Assembly: GCA_000989955.1 (NCBI GenBank)
Contig: LBTE01000002.1
Span: 85,326 to 149,325, forward strand
Direction: 5' to 3'
Length of the DNA: 64,000 bases
DNA from: a candidate division TM6 bacterium GW2011_GWF2_37_49
Lineage (GTDB): Bacteria; Babelota; Babeliae; Babelales; RVW-14
Under the pieces are notes generated by a model. That model was not told where the DNA came from. It worked only from the letters and a program-made list of their open reading frames with translations, and searched no databases. This document shows positions 62,613 through 64,000 of the stretch, in pieces (position 1 is the first letter of the stretch; each line of letters starts with the position of its first letter). The position numbers and the translations under genes were made by a program.

Positions 62613-64000
62613 CTACCGTAAAACTTTTCTGGTTTTACTCCCGGTTTGTGCAGGTGAAATAAGGCCGTCAATTTCGAGCTTTTCAATCAAGCGAGCAGAG
62701 CGGTTAAAACCGATTCTGAAGTATCGCTGCAGCAATGAGATTGATACCTCATCGTTGTTTTGAATAAACTCGATAACTTGGTCGTAAATCTCATCATCTG
62801 GGTCGGTTGCTCGTTCTGCTGTTGCTACTTTTAGCTCTTCATGCAGGTTTAGATAAGTTGGGTTTTGTTGATTCTTCCACCAATCTGCGACCTTTTTAAT
62901 TTCTTGATCAGAAACATAAACTCCGTGTGTGCGTAGTAGGTCTGGCGACGATGAGTTCATATAAAGCATATCGCCGCGTCCAAGCAGCTTTTCTGCTCCG
63001 GATGAATCAAGAATAGTTCTGGAATCAATTTTTGATGAAACTCGAAACGATATTCGGCTTGGGAAGTTGACTTTGATCAGTCCAGTGACAACCTCGACAG
63101 ATGGCCGTTGTGTGGCAACTATCATGTGAATGCCTGCCGCTCTTGCCATTTGCGCGATTCTGACGATTTGTAGCTCAAGGTCTTTGCCGCCAACCATCAT
63201 CAGGTCGGCGAGTTCATCAATAACAACAACAATAAACGTCATCGTTGTAAGTGTTTTGTCTGTTTTAAGTTTATCATGATATTCGTTTATGTTTCTGACA
63301 CCGGCTGCAGCCATTTTTATGTAACGTTGTTCCATTTCTTGAACAACCCACTTTAGTGAAGTGATCGCTGTTTCTGCGCTTGTGATTATTGGGAATAAAA
63401 GATGCGGAATTTCAGCGTATGCGCCAAATTCAAGACGTTTTGGGTCAATCAGCACGAGCTTTAACTTATCTGGCGCCAGATGGCAAAGAAGGCTTATAAT
63501 CATGGAATGCAGACCAACAGATTTTCCTGATCCGGTCGCGCCGCCGACAAGAAGGTGTGGCATTTTGCTTAAATCATCGATAACTGGCTTGCCGATAACA
63601 TCAACTCCCATGAGTAATGGAAGTTTTTGTGTGCAATGACTAAATCCTGTCGATGGTATTGCATCTGAGAAATAAACGTCTTGACGTGTTTTATTTGAAA
63701 TCTCAAACCCAACAACGTTTTTTCCCGGTATCGGAGCTAAAATTCGAATACTTTTCGCAGTAAGCGCCATTGCCAAGTCGTCCTCGACTGCGGTTATTTT
63801 GCTGATTTTGCTGTCGATTTCAGGCTTGTATTCGTACATCGTAATTACTGGACCAGGTTTTACAGAAACGACTTTACCCTTAACACCAAAGCAGGTCAAT
63901 TTTTCTTCCAGCTTTTTTCCACACTCAGAGGCCTCTTTTTTTAGCTCTGCTAGGTTTTCGTTTGACTGCTTTATCGCAAATATGTCTGGGTCCGGAAGAA
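62613..64000 (-). CDS. ftsK: DNA translocase FtsK/SpoIIIE (C-terminal motor plus gamma domain; N-terminus lies beyond the window)
   Basis: LLVGGATGSGKSVGLHSMIISLL, VVVIDELADLMM, ATQRPSVEVVTGLIKVNFPSRISFRVSSKIDSRTILDSSGAEKLLGRGDMLY. The frame stays open from 63899 to 64000 (…LPDPDIFAIKQSNENLAELKKEASECGKKLEEK-LTCFGV…). Confidence 0.92.
   Translation of the reverse strand, partial: LPDPDIFAIKQSNENLAELKKEASECGKKLEEKLTCFGVKGKVVSVKPGPVITMYEYKPEIDSKISKITAVEDDLAMALTAKSIRILAPIPGKNVVGFEISNKTRQDVYFSDAIPSTGFSHCTQKLPLLMGVDVIGKPVIDDLSKMPHLLVGGATGSGKSVGLHSMIISLLCHLAPDKLKLVLIDPKRLEFGAYAEIPHLLFPIITSAETAITSLKWVVQEMEQRYIKMAAAGVRNINEYHDKLKTDKTLTTMTFIVVVIDELADLMMVGGKDLELQIVRIAQMARAAGIHMIVATQRPSVEVVTGLIKVNFPSRISFRVSSKIDSRTILDSSGAEKLLGRGDMLYMNSSSPDLLRTHGVYVSDQEIKKVADWWKNQQNPTYLNLHEELKVATAERATDPDDEIYDQVIEFIQNNDEVSISLLQRYFRIGFNRSARLIEKLEIDGLISPAQTGSKTRKVLR

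Overview
AT-rich chromosomal window (GC judged by eye, not computed) from a diderm bacterium. It carries lpxC, a GT9 heptosyltransferase, a TolC-family protein, murB and two amidase_3 genes. I support about 56 protein genes, 2 tRNAs (Lys-CTT, Leu-TAG), about 12 intrinsic-terminator hairpins and an 11-copy dispersed intergenic repeat family.

Housekeeping genes recognised directly from the translations: pyrG, rplM, lpxC, rseP, ruvB, rpmH-rnpA-yidD, gyrA, dprA, maf, murB, tgt, a yhhQ-like transporter, and ftsK (partial, runs off the right edge). rpmH is absent from the supplied ORF track.

Between these sit many exported orphan proteins, in two paralog families, and eukaryote-like domain proteins: ankyrin, serpin and a PPP-type phosphatase. 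This pattern suggests a host-associated or intracellular lifestyle (inference only; possibly a Dependentiae/TM6-like or similar lineage, which cannot be established here).

The most system-like feature is a 10.5-kb glycan locus (7631-18093):
- two paralogous GT-C membrane glycosyltransferases flank the locus;
- a CDP-3,6-dideoxyhexose-type pathway (rfbH/rfbF/rfbG-like);
- an ArnC/GtrB-like polyprenyl-phosphate GT2;
- an SDR;
- a split transketolase pair.

Inside this locus the cytidylyltransferase gene is interrupted at its 5' end by a G6 tract. One extra G, or a -1 slip, restores a full-length protein. The two transketolase halves are separated by an inserted repeat plus a GC-rich hairpin-rich segment.

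No CRISPR array, transposase, integrase or rRNA was seen.
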